Of a stretch of DNA of 32,240 nt, positions 17,447-25,456 are shown piece after piece; position 1 is the stretch's first letter, and each line of letters opens with the position of its first letter. Source of the stretch: Thermoplasmatota archaeon (lineage in GTDB: Archaea; Thermoplasmatota; Penumbrarchaeia; Penumbrarchaeales; Penumbrarchaeaceae); NCBI GenBank assembly GCA_049472175.1, contig JBLIRF010000003.1, positions 1 through 32,240 of the forward strand. The letters run 5' to 3'. The position numbers and the translations under genes are program-made. The notes beneath the pieces were generated by a model, which saw nothing but the letters and a program-made list of their open reading frames with translations, did not search any database and was not told the DNA's origin.

Positions 17447-17605
17447 AGTATCAATCCCTTGTACCCCGCCCGGGAATGAATCCTGTGAATATAAATAAAT
17501 GTCGAAAATTGTCATACGTATCACGAAAAAAGCTATTTACTAACATTCGGTTATATTAATAGTTCGATCGGTGTTTTCGGTCGTTTCCTGATAGGGGGTT
17601 CCAAA

Positions 17606-18511
17606 ATGGTGTCCAGAACGATATATCTCTTTTCCATTGGTATGAGTGTATTACTATGTTTCGCATTGGTCCCTTCCGGGGCACAAGCCGAGACGGAGAT
17701 CGATGTGGAAAGCCTGGCAGATGTTACTTTCACCAACTATCTCGAGTGGAGCATCTACTATCTCTTCATCTCACCTTCAGATAGCGAATATTATGGCGGT
17801 GATGTTATAGATACAACGGGAGCTACAATAATGGCTCCTTATGATTCATTGCTGCTCTACATGGTCCCGGGTGATTATGACATTCTGATCCTCGACGAGG
17901 ATTACGACATCTGGACCGGGGCATATTCCCTTGTTGACGGTTCGGAGATATACTTTGACGAGCTTTCATTGACCTACGAGGGACCCAGCGATGCGGGCGG
18001 ACTTATCAACATCGACGTATATGTGGACACGACCGCATCGGTTGATTATCTTTTCCTCTCACCAAATGATTCCGAGAGTTGGGGGGTTGACCTTCTTGGA
18101 ATGGGGTCACTTGACAACGGGGATGTACTTACGATAACTCTAATCGAATACGAGGAGACCGTAGACTACGACCTCCTGGCGATCTTCGATGACGGGGACC
18201 AGGTGACCGTGGCAGTGGAAGCCTACGATGGAGCGGAATTCTATCTTGTGGATACGGTCCCCGGTGATGATGATGTTTCGGACGACGATGATGTGGTCCC
18301 TGATGACGATGACGTGATCCCTGATGATGATGATATCGTCACGGACGATGATGATGAACTTCCTCCCGAGCAGCAGCCCGGAGGGGTCTCCGGGAACAAG
18401 GATGAAATCGAGGGTGAAGAGAACAAGGATTCGAGTGCCCTTGGTATTATTGCCATTATAACCACCATGACATTATTTATCGCCATAAGGATGTACAGAA
18501 GAAAGAACTGA
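17606..18511 (+). CDS. Acidic secreted protein with two tandem ~95-aa domains, Asp-rich linker and C-terminal TM
   Basis: Signal peptide; two similar units (YLFISPSDSEYYGGDVI...YDILILDED and YLFLSPNDSESWGVDLLG...YDLLAIFDDG); PDDDD linker; TM ALGIIAIITTMTLFIAI followed by RMYRRKN. Confidence 0.82.
   Translation: MVSRTIYLFSIGMSVLLCFALVPSGAQAETEIDVESLADVTFTNYLEWSIYYLFISPSDSEYYGGDVIDTTGATIMAPYDSLLLYMVPGDYDILILDEDYDIWTGAYSLVDGSEIYFDELSLTYEGPSDAGGLINIDVYVDTTASVDYLFLSPNDSESWGVDLLGMGSLDNGDVLTITLIEYEETVDYDLLAIFDDGDQVTVAVEAYDGAEFYLVDTVPGDDDVSDDDDVVPDDDDVIPDDDDIVTDDDDELPPEQQPGGVSGNKDEIEGEENKDSSALGIIAIITTMTLFIAIRMYRRKN
18260..18361 (+). repeat. Coding low-complexity tandem repeat (~21-nt unit, [P/S/T]DDDD[V/I/E]x)
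   Basis: Sequence reads ccc ggt gat gat gat gtt tcg gac gac gat gat gtg gtc cct gat gac gat gac gtg atc cct gat gat gat gat atc gtc acg gac gat gat gat gaa, about 5 units. Confidence 0.85.
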
Positions 18512-18525
18512 ACAACGAGGTTCAT

Positions 18526-18533
18526 AAAAAAAA
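18526..18533 (-). terminator. Oligo-T archaeal terminator for the minus-strand metabolic cluster
   Basis: A8 on the + strand (T8 on the minus strand) ~28 nt past the stop at 18561. Confidence 0.55.
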
Positions 18534-18560
18534 CCGATCATTGACCTGTCACATATGGTC

Positions 18561-21500
18561 TTACGAAGCTTTCCTGGCGGCCATCATCTTGCGATGGAGC
18601 CTGTCCGCCTGAAGGCAGAACGCCTCGAAGTTCGCCTCTATTATCTGAGGGAAAGGTCCACCGTCGCTCTCGATGGACAGGAATGGCAGGTTCTTCGTGG
18701 TCCCTAGGACCTTTTTAACAACTTCATCATTGGTGATCTCGAGCTTCCCCTCGTCCGTCATTGTCTCGCTCAATATTGCCTCACATACCCTGCTCGGCAT
18801 GCACCCGAAAGGTCCTATCGATATCACCCCGCAGGAGTGGTCGACGATATCCGTCATCGACACTCCCGTGGTCAATATCGCTTCCCCGGCCATTTCCGGG
18901 GGGATGAGGTGTTTCGCATTTCCGATTATATGGTCCATATCGACCTCTTCGTAATGGTACAGGCCCGTGCTGGCAAAGAGCTTCTTGATCTCCCTCTCGT
19001 ACTTCCTCTGGATCGTGTTCTTTGCCTTGTTCTTCATTATCTCCGTCATGGGATGGGGGGTCACATTGTACCTGTTCTGGATCATCCAGTCAATGTAGTA
19101 CATCCACTCGTGGACCGGGCTGACCTTGGTAACGAAACCCTTATCGGCCAGCCTCTCGGTGATGTACCTTCTCGAAATCGCATCGTGCCGAACGAAGATC
19201 TCTCCCACAAGCGAAATGACCTTCGCATCCTTGATGGTCCTCTTTACAGGGACCTTCCTGAGCGCGGCCATGACCTTATCAAGGGTCTCCCTGATAACCT
19301 TCCAATCCTTGTTCACGGTCTTCACGGTGGACCTGAAACCGCCAAGCTCACCCCTGACACCGGTCCTCATAACAGCATCCAGAATCCTCTTCCATTCGCG
19401 TTCAAAGACCTTCAGGGCCTCCTCCTTGTCGACCGCATTTGCCATCAGCATGTTCCTGACATCCTCGAGGACGTCGGAGATTATCACAAGGAACCATATC
19501 TTCAGAAGCGCGGCATTTCCAAGGCCGCCGTACCCGTCCTCAGAGGTCAGTGCAAGGACGGCAACGTTCTCGATCTCAAGGTTTCGGACGAGAAGCTGCA
19601 GGTAGACATGATACTGCCCGAACCTGCATGGACCGTTCGCGGTTGGCATGAAGTAGACCATGACCTCGTCGGTGCCCGGGTCCCGGTACTTGAGGTACTT
19701 CAGCATGCTCCCGGTCGTGACCATCATGGGAAGGCATTCCTTGCCGCTCGTGTTGGACTTTCCGAGCTTCAGGACCTCTTCGTCGGCCGGTGGCAGCGCA
19801 AGGGAGTTCACACCGACGGATCTCAGGAACTGGGCTGCTCCTTCCGTTCCGAGATCACCCATGGAGGGGAAGACTATCCTGACCCTTGGATCGAACATGT
19901 CCATTTCCTCCCCGGCCGAGTTCGTCACGATCATCTTTTGGTTGACGATCTCGGCCTTTGCCTGCCTGAAGAGCTTGCTCTTCTTCAGGATCCGCTCCTG
20001 CTCCTTTAGCTGCCTGTAGCCTCTGAATATGTCGATGGCCGCCTCTATCCTCGTCTCGAGACCCGCATCAGCAGTGTGGCTGTCGAGCTCAAGGGTGAGC
20101 GAGGGCTTCATTCCCATGATGTCCCTGAAATATGTGATCACATATGAGTCGGGGCCGCAGCTGAAGTTGGTGATGAACGTTCCGAAGAGCTGAGGATGTT
20201 CCTCAACGATCCTGGCGGCCTTGAGGATCATCTGCCCCATGGACCAGTACATATGACCGTAGACGGGCTCCTCTTCGTACGGAAGGAAATCATAGGGGAT
20301 CACCATCAGTCCTCTTGATGCGATCTTCTGGGGAATTCCCATGTTGGCCTCTTTTACGAAAGCGTTGTAAGGTCTGCCGAATAGAACGATGGCCGTCTGT
20401 GAGGGGTCCTTTTCGAGATCTGCAAGGGCCTGGCGGCCAAGCTCCTTGAACTTTCGAAAGAGCGATCTCTGTTTCTCCAACGCCAGTTCGAAGGCAGAAT
20501 TCGCCTCCTTTGCCGAGTATCCAAGGTCCCTTGCTATCTTCACCATCGCATTCCTGGCCTTGTCGAGACCTCTCATCATGTTGAGCGTTTCCGTTATCAG
20601 CTTTACCCCGCTCCTCTCTATACGCTCCTTGAAGGTCTGTCTAAGATAGAACGGTTCGCACTGGGTCAATGGGCACGCCTGGGAAGCGTGAAAGCCTTTC
20701 TCCACATGGATCCCTCTGATGTGTGGAAGGAAGAGGTAGTCAGGACGCTTCTTCAGCAGGTTCATGAACATCCCGTGGGTGATCTCGGCCGGGTAGCAGA
20801 AGGGAGCACCTATCAGATCAGTTCCCTCCTCGTCCACCTCATCCGACAGGACAACCTTCATCCCGAGTTTCGTAAAGAAGGTGTGGAACATGGGATAATA
20901 TGTGGTCATCAGGTAGGTTCTGTTGATGCCGATGGTCTTTGCAGGATGTTTTGGGGCCTCCTTCGTGTCCGCGAATTCTGTGAAAACCGATCTCTCCCTG
21001 AGCGAGACGAGGTTCAGCTTCTCCAGATCATAGCTGACCGAATGCCTGAGATTGTAATATCGATTGCAGGCCCCTCCGAAGGGGTAGACCTTGTCTCCTA
21101 TCTTGATCCTGGCCACCTCGCATCTGAGGTCGCATTTCTCCTTTCCCCCCTGACAGGTGAATGGATCGAGGTATTCGACCTCCCTGTCCGCCAGCTCTGT
21201 AAGGTCGAAGGAGCTTTCCCTGATCAGTCCCCTCTCGATACGCTCCTTGATCGCAAGGGCAACACCGTAGGCTCCCGCCAGGTGTGGCATCGGAGGAACA
21301 ATGACCTCCTTGCCGGTCAAAGATGCCATCGCAATGGGAACTGCCCTGTTCAGACAGACCCCTCCCTGCATGAACACCTTCTCTCCAACCGGTCTGCTCC
21401 CCTTGACCCGGTTGGTGTAATTGATACAGATGGAATAGACCAGACCAGCAACGATGTCCTCCCTGTCCATACCTTCGTGGGATGCTCTCTTGATGTCGCT

Positions 21501-22919
21501 GCTTATGAACGCTGCGCACTGGTCATTGAAATTGGGCGGGTCCTGCCCTCTCATCGCCACATCCGCGATGTCCTTCATTTCAATCCCAAGGGTCTCCTTG
21601 GCGGATTCCTCCAGGAACGATCCTGTCCCCGCCGAGCATGCCTCGTTCATCGCGTAGTCAGATGGGACACCGTTGGTGATGTAGGTGTATTTTGCGTCCT
21701 GGCCCCCTATCTCGAAGATGGTATCGACATCCCTGTCGAAGTGAACGGCGGCTGTCGCATGGGCGATTATCTCATTAAGTATCCCGTCCGTCATCGCATG
21801 GAGCCCAGCTATCTGTCTGCCTGAGCCGCAAACCCCGAGACCTACAATGTTCAGAGGCATATTGACCTGATCTGCAAGTGCCGAGTAACATTTTCTGGAA
21901 GCACCGACGGGGTCACCCAGGGTCCTGAGGTAAATGGACCCAAGTACCGCATTGTCCTCGGTCCTGAGCAAAACGGCCTTCGTCGTCGTTGATCCAACGT
22001 CCAGACCTATGATGCAGCGGTCATCCTTCCTGGCTTCCTGAAGGTTCATATCCTTGAACCTGACACGGTCCTCGAAAAGGGACAATCTCGGAAGGTGATC
22101 GAAGGACGACCGGTCCTTGAAGAATAGCCTGTCGATACCCTGGTAAGGTTTCGTGTCATGCTTGAGCGCCCATAATGCTGCTCCCAGGGCTTCGAAATAG
22201 GGAGCCGTATCCGGAATGTACAGACCATCTATCTCTTTCCTCAGGAAACCGGTCATGAGGTGGTTCTGGGAGGTGCCGCCCACCATCATTATGTCCTTTT
22301 TGGGTATCTTCTTCAGAAGCTCTATTACCTTGTGCCCCATCATCTCGCACAGACCCGAAACGACCTGCCCCTTCGGGACCCCCTTGTTGGTGGCATGGGT
22401 GCAGTCGCTCTTGCAGAAGACCGTGCATCTGCTCGAGAGCCTGTGGGGCTCCGCTTCCTTTCCCTGCTCCATGGCCTCCTGGATCGTAAGGCCCATCCTC
22501 CTGATCTGCTGGAGAAAGAACTCCCCCGTTCCGGAAGCACATTTGCTCCCGGTGTGAACATCGATTATCTTGCCGTCATCATCAAGTACATAGACCATGA
22601 AGGTCTCGCCGCCTGCACTCACGATGGCATTGTATCTCCTTCCTTCCCTGTTCTCCCACTCAAGGGCATGTTCCACCGCCTCGGGTTCGCTGATGGAAGA
22701 GAGGTTGACCAACTTGCGGAACCTTCTCCCTGTCACCGCGACCCTGTTGAACGATGACATGTCAACCGACCTGATGTTCCCCGCAAGCACACTCTTAGGG
22801 TCCCCTTCATGAGGTTCCAATATGACGCTCTCGACCTTGGGTCTCGATCCCTTTCCGCTGTCAGAGATCTCGACCAAGGTGACCGTGGACCCGCCCAGAC
22901 ATATTCCCAATGCTCTCAT
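18561..22919 (-). CDS. Multidomain acyl-CoA dehydratase activase-related Fe-S protein (two BadF/BadG/BcrA/BcrD ASKHA domains, DUF2229-like and dehydratase-like C-terminal domains)
   Basis: Domain 1: GICLGGST, SKCASGTGEF, RCTVFCKSD. Domain 2: GLDVGSTTTK, EIGGQDAK, NEACSAGTGSFLEE, QCAAFISSD. Then a C-x6-C-x3-C...GGAC cluster, FCYP, NFSCGPDS, KECLP, GPCRFGQY and GPFGCMP. Start uncertain (ATG 22919 or GTG 23009). Confidence 0.9.
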   Translation of the reverse strand: MRALGICLGGSTVTLVEISDSGKGSRPKVESVILEPHEGDPKSVLAGNIRSVDMSSFNRVAVTGRRFRKLVNLSSISEPEAVEHALEWENREGRRYNAIVSAGGETFMVYVLDDDGKIIDVHTGSKCASGTGEFFLQQIRRMGLTIQEAMEQGKEAEPHRLSSRCTVFCKSDCTHATNKGVPKGQVVSGLCEMMGHKVIELLKKIPKKDIMMVGGTSQNHLMTGFLRKEIDGLYIPDTAPYFEALGAALWALKHDTKPYQGIDRLFFKDRSSFDHLPRLSLFEDRVRFKDMNLQEARKDDRCIIGLDVGSTTTKAVLLRTEDNAVLGSIYLRTLGDPVGASRKCYSALADQVNMPLNIVGLGVCGSGRQIAGLHAMTDGILNEIIAHATAAVHFDRDVDTIFEIGGQDAKYTYITNGVPSDYAMNEACSAGTGSFLEESAKETLGIEMKDIADVAMRGQDPPNFNDQCAAFISSDIKRASHEGMDREDIVAGLVYSICINYTNRVKGSRPVGEKVFMQGGVCLNRAVPIAMASLTGKEVIVPPMPHLAGAYGVALAIKERIERGLIRESSFDLTELADREVEYLDPFTCQGGKEKCDLRCEVARIKIGDKVYPFGGACNRYYNLRHSVSYDLEKLNLVSLRERSVFTEFADTKEAPKHPAKTIGINRTYLMTTYYPMFHTFFTKLGMKVVLSDEVDEEGTDLIGAPFCYPAEITHGMFMNLLKKRPDYLFLPHIRGIHVEKGFHASQACPLTQCEPFYLRQTFKERIERSGVKLITETLNMMRGLDKARNAMVKIARDLGYSAKEANSAFELALEKQRSLFRKFKELGRQALADLEKDPSQTAIVLFGRPYNAFVKEANMGIPQKIASRGLMVIPYDFLPYEEEPVYGHMYWSMGQMILKAARIVEEHPQLFGTFITNFSCGPDSYVITYFRDIMGMKPSLTLELDSHTADAGLETRIEAAIDIFRGYRQLKEQERILKKSKLFRQAKAEIVNQKMIVTNSAGEEMDMFDPRVRIVFPSMGDLGTEGAAQFLRSVGVNSLALPPADEEVLKLGKSNTSGKECLPMMVTTGSMLKYLKYRDPGTDEVMVYFMPTANGPCRFGQYHVYLQLLVRNLEIENVAVLALTSEDGYGGLGNAALLKIWFLVIISDVLEDVRNMLMANAVDKEEALKVFEREWKRILDAVMRTGVRGELGGFRSTVKTVNKDWKVIRETLDKVMAALRKVPVKRTIKDAKVISLVGEIFVRHDAISRRYITERLADKGFVTKVSPVHEWMYYIDWMIQNRYNVTPHPMTEIMKNKAKNTIQRKYEREIKKLFASTGLYHYEEVDMDHIIGNAKHLIPPEMAGEAILTTGVSMTDIVDHSCGVISIGPFGCMPSRVCEAILSETMTDEGKLEITNDEVVKKVLGTTKNLPFLSIESDGGPFPQIIEANFEAFCLQADRLHRKMMAARKAS

Positions 22920-23066
22920 CTTGCTAACATCCTGTCCATTCTTCTTAACACCAGGCAGCGGATGGGACCTTCCCGTGGAGGGATCCCGCAGCACCGAACA
23001 AGGGGCCACTTCGTTGTTTCCTTGACCTTTGGACTTGCTAACTAAATAAGGACCTCCGTGGTGCTG

Positions 23067-23098
23067 TCGGACCGGATAGTCCGAATTCTTATATTAAA
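23067..23098 (-). promoter_or_regulatory. Internal promoter (TATA) with adjacent palindrome upstream of the large activase
   Basis: TTTAATATAAG on the minus strand (23098-23088), followed by the inverted repeat TCGGAC-N6-GTCCGA (23067-23084). Confidence 0.5.
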
Positions 23099-23100
23099 CC

Positions 23101-23874
23101 TCACTGTCGAGCTTTGTTGGGGTCCTTTACGTGTCTTGCGCCCAGGGCGCCTATGGCCCCCATGTACTGGGACCTTTCAGGCACGAGCACTTCCACGGAG
23201 AGGAAGTCACTTATCGTCATGACGAGCCCCGAGCATCGGGACACCCCTCCAGTGAACACTATTGTATCACACGGGAACATCCTGAGAAGGGGGCGGACCC
23301 TCTCGTAGACCGAGTATATGACACCCTCTGCAAGCCTTTCCTTTGTCGCCCCCTCCACCATCAGTGAGATGAGCTCTGTCTCCGTGAAGACCGAGCATAT
23401 CGATTCCAGTATCTTACCCTCCCCTTTGTAGGACCCGAGCTCGGCCACGCTCATTCCAAGCATGGCGGACATCTTCTCCAGGAACCTTCCGGTACCGGCA
23501 GCACATTTATCGTTCATGTGGAAATCCTTGATGCCCTTTTTTTCAACCCTAACGACCTTGAAATCCTGTCCTCCCATGTCAAGAAGTGTGAAGTCCTCGA
23601 GGCCTGTGCTCTTCATGACACCCAGTGTATGGGCCCTGATCTCCGGAATAGGTCTTGCGCTGGGTATCATCTTTCTACCGTATCCGGTCGATACTACATC
23701 CAACCCAACCAGGTTTTCCGCGAACTTCCCATATATGAAACGGGAAGTGTCCATTATCGAGGTCATAAGACGGTCATCCTTGCGGAATGCGAACTTGGTG
23801 GATGTTGAACCTGCGTCCACGCCCAGCCTCTGCCCTTTCTCCATTTCTTTCAGGAAGGAAAGTTCCGGTATCAT
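23101..23874 (-). CDS. 2-hydroxyacyl-CoA dehydratase activase (HgdC/HadI/FldI-like ASKHA [4Fe-4S] ATPase)
   Basis: GVDAGSTSTK, STGYGR, EIRAH, DMGGQDFK, MNDKCAAGTGRFLE, SICSVFTETE, FTGGV. ATGA overlap with the upstream gene. Confidence 0.92.
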   Translation of the reverse strand: MIPELSFLKEMEKGQRLGVDAGSTSTKFAFRKDDRLMTSIMDTSRFIYGKFAENLVGLDVVSTGYGRKMIPSARPIPEIRAHTLGVMKSTGLEDFTLLDMGGQDFKVVRVEKKGIKDFHMNDKCAAGTGRFLEKMSAMLGMSVAELGSYKGEGKILESICSVFTETELISLMVEGATKERLAEGVIYSVYERVRPLLRMFPCDTIVFTGGVSRCSGLVMTISDFLSVEVLVPERSQYMGAIGALGARHVKDPNKARQ

Positions 23875-24857
23875 CCACCCTCCTCCAGAACATCGATGAA
23901 CGACTCGAGGCGTATCAGGGTCCTCTCGTCCATTGGACCGGGCAGGTTCCCCTCAAGGGTCAGGATCGGCACATCCAGCTTATGGCGGAATATGATGTCA
24001 TCTATCTGCCTGTGGCAGAAGGATTGTACATAATGTACGAGCCCTTCTATGCGCCGTCTTTTTACCTCTGCTTTGATATCCTCGACCCTTCCTGCTATAT
24101 CGTAAGGATAGGTGTAATCGAGATACCTTCCTATCCAATCACCGGTCTTCGAGGGCATGGCGAACTGCCTCTGAACCTCGAAGAGAACGGTCCTTGCCCC
24201 CGAACCCTCGATCCTTGTAAAGATATCGGTGATTATCGGAGGTACCCCTATGTACCCCAGCCTCACGCCCTCATCCTGAGGACTGTTCGTCCTGCCTCTC
24301 TCGAGTATCGACCTCAAATGCCTCTCCCATCTTTCCGGATCGGAGCACAGGTCGGAGGTGGAGACAAGGGAAAAATGACAGTCCTCGGCGGAAATGCTGA
24401 GATCTCTCCATCTCTGCTCATCTATGCTAAGGGCGATGTTCCTGAGCTCCTGAAGTCTGCCCGATGTCTGCTCCGCCTCCTCCATGGTGCATCCGAGGAG
24501 GCTGCACAAATCCTCGATCTCGGCGATGATGGCATCCCTTGAGCGGTCGTAGGGATAGGAGAAAGGGTGAACGGGTTTTCCCTCGCTCCCAAGGGTCTCG
24601 AGAAGAGACTCTGTGTTCGAGCAGTCGCCCCGTACAACGCCGACCACCAGGTCCACATCTGCCGATGCGGTGTAGAGCCCTTTTATCCATGTGCAGATGT
24701 TCCGTGGGAAACCTCTTACCTGGGCTTCCTCGACGTGCTGGATGGGGCTTTTGGAATCCATGAAGAAATTGTTCAGGTCGACCGGTACCACTGAAGCTGC
24801 CACCAGCGGCTCCAGAGGTATCGTTGTTGTTATTCCGATCCTACGATTTCTTGCCAT
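23871..24857 (-). CDS. 2-hydroxyacyl-CoA dehydratase family (HgdA/B, 'D-component') Fe-S protein, single short subunit
   Basis: IGITTTIPLE.LVAA...PVDL N-terminus, GFPRNICTWIKG, GDCSNT, IEGLVHYVQSFCHRQ, VPILTLEG and IRLESFIDVL C-terminus typical of the family; sits next to an activase. Confidence 0.85.
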   Translation of the reverse strand: MARNRRIGITTTIPLEPLVAASVVPVDLNNFFMDSKSPIQHVEEAQVRGFPRNICTWIKGLYTASADVDLVVGVVRGDCSNTESLLETLGSEGKPVHPFSYPYDRSRDAIIAEIEDLCSLLGCTMEEAEQTSGRLQELRNIALSIDEQRWRDLSISAEDCHFSLVSTSDLCSDPERWERHLRSILERGRTNSPQDEGVRLGYIGVPPIITDIFTRIEGSGARTVLFEVQRQFAMPSKTGDWIGRYLDYTYPYDIAGRVEDIKAEVKRRRIEGLVHYVQSFCHRQIDDIIFRHKLDVPILTLEGNLPGPMDERTLIRLESFIDVLEEGG

Positions 24858-25455
24858 GGGTCTCTTTGTAACCGATGTCGAAGGCCTTAAGGTTTACTTC
24901 AAGGGACCTGTGTGGAACGATCTTCTTGATGGCGGACATCATCTCCTCGTAACTGAAGGGCAGAACATCCGTGCCCATAAGAGCCCCAAGCATTACAACG
25001 TTCGTCACCCTTTCGTTCCCGGCGGTCCTTGCATGGGCCTTGGCGGAGACCTGGAACACGCACTCGAGACGCTTTCTGATCTCCTCGACGACGGTATCCG
25101 GCTCCGGATAGCTCCTTCCTCCGGAACTGACGGAAACCGGTCTGACCGGGTCCGTGGACATGACCACTATAGTGTCCTTGGTCAGCTGGAACCTCGCCCT
25201 GTAGACCTCCAGGGGTTCGAAACCCACCATGACGGTCACGTCCTGTCCGAAGGGTAGAGGGGATATCGTCTCCCCCAGCCGTATCGTGGTCTGAACAACG
25301 CCCCCTCTCTGGGCCATTCCATGGATCTCGGATATTATTATGGATATCCCCTTCTTTACAGCAGCAGCCCCGATTATCCTGGACACCGTGAGGGCTCCCT
25401 GGCCGCCTACCCCCACTATCTGGATCGTGCAGGTATCCCTGTTGATCTGCCCCAT
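24841..25455 (-). CDS. iorB: Indolepyruvate:ferredoxin oxidoreductase beta subunit
   Basis: IVGVGGQG, SEIHGMAQRGGVV, FEPLE.YR, NVVMLGAL, NLKAFDIG. ATG 25455 follows GGAGGTGA and lies 1 nt after the iorA stop. Confidence 0.93.
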   Translation of the reverse strand: MGQINRDTCTIQIVGVGGQGALTVSRIIGAAAVKKGISIIISEIHGMAQRGGVVQTTIRLGETISPLPFGQDVTVMVGFEPLEVYRARFQLTKDTIVVMSTDPVRPVSVSSGGRSYPEPDTVVEEIRKRLECVFQVSAKAHARTAGNERVTNVVMLGALMGTDVLPFSYEEMMSAIKKIVPHRSLEVNLKAFDIGYKETHGKKS

Positions 25456-25456
25456 T

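Noticed and set aside
18260-18361. Tandem repeat as a CRISPR array
   Set aside because: No spacers; it is an in-frame Asp-rich coding repeat with synonymous variation.
18837-21824. Long plus-strand ORFs (390 aa at 18837-20009, 378 aa at 20688-21824)
   Set aside because: Antisense shadows of the well-supported activase gene, with no recognisable motifs. Such ORFs are expected from codon bias in moderately GC-rich genes.
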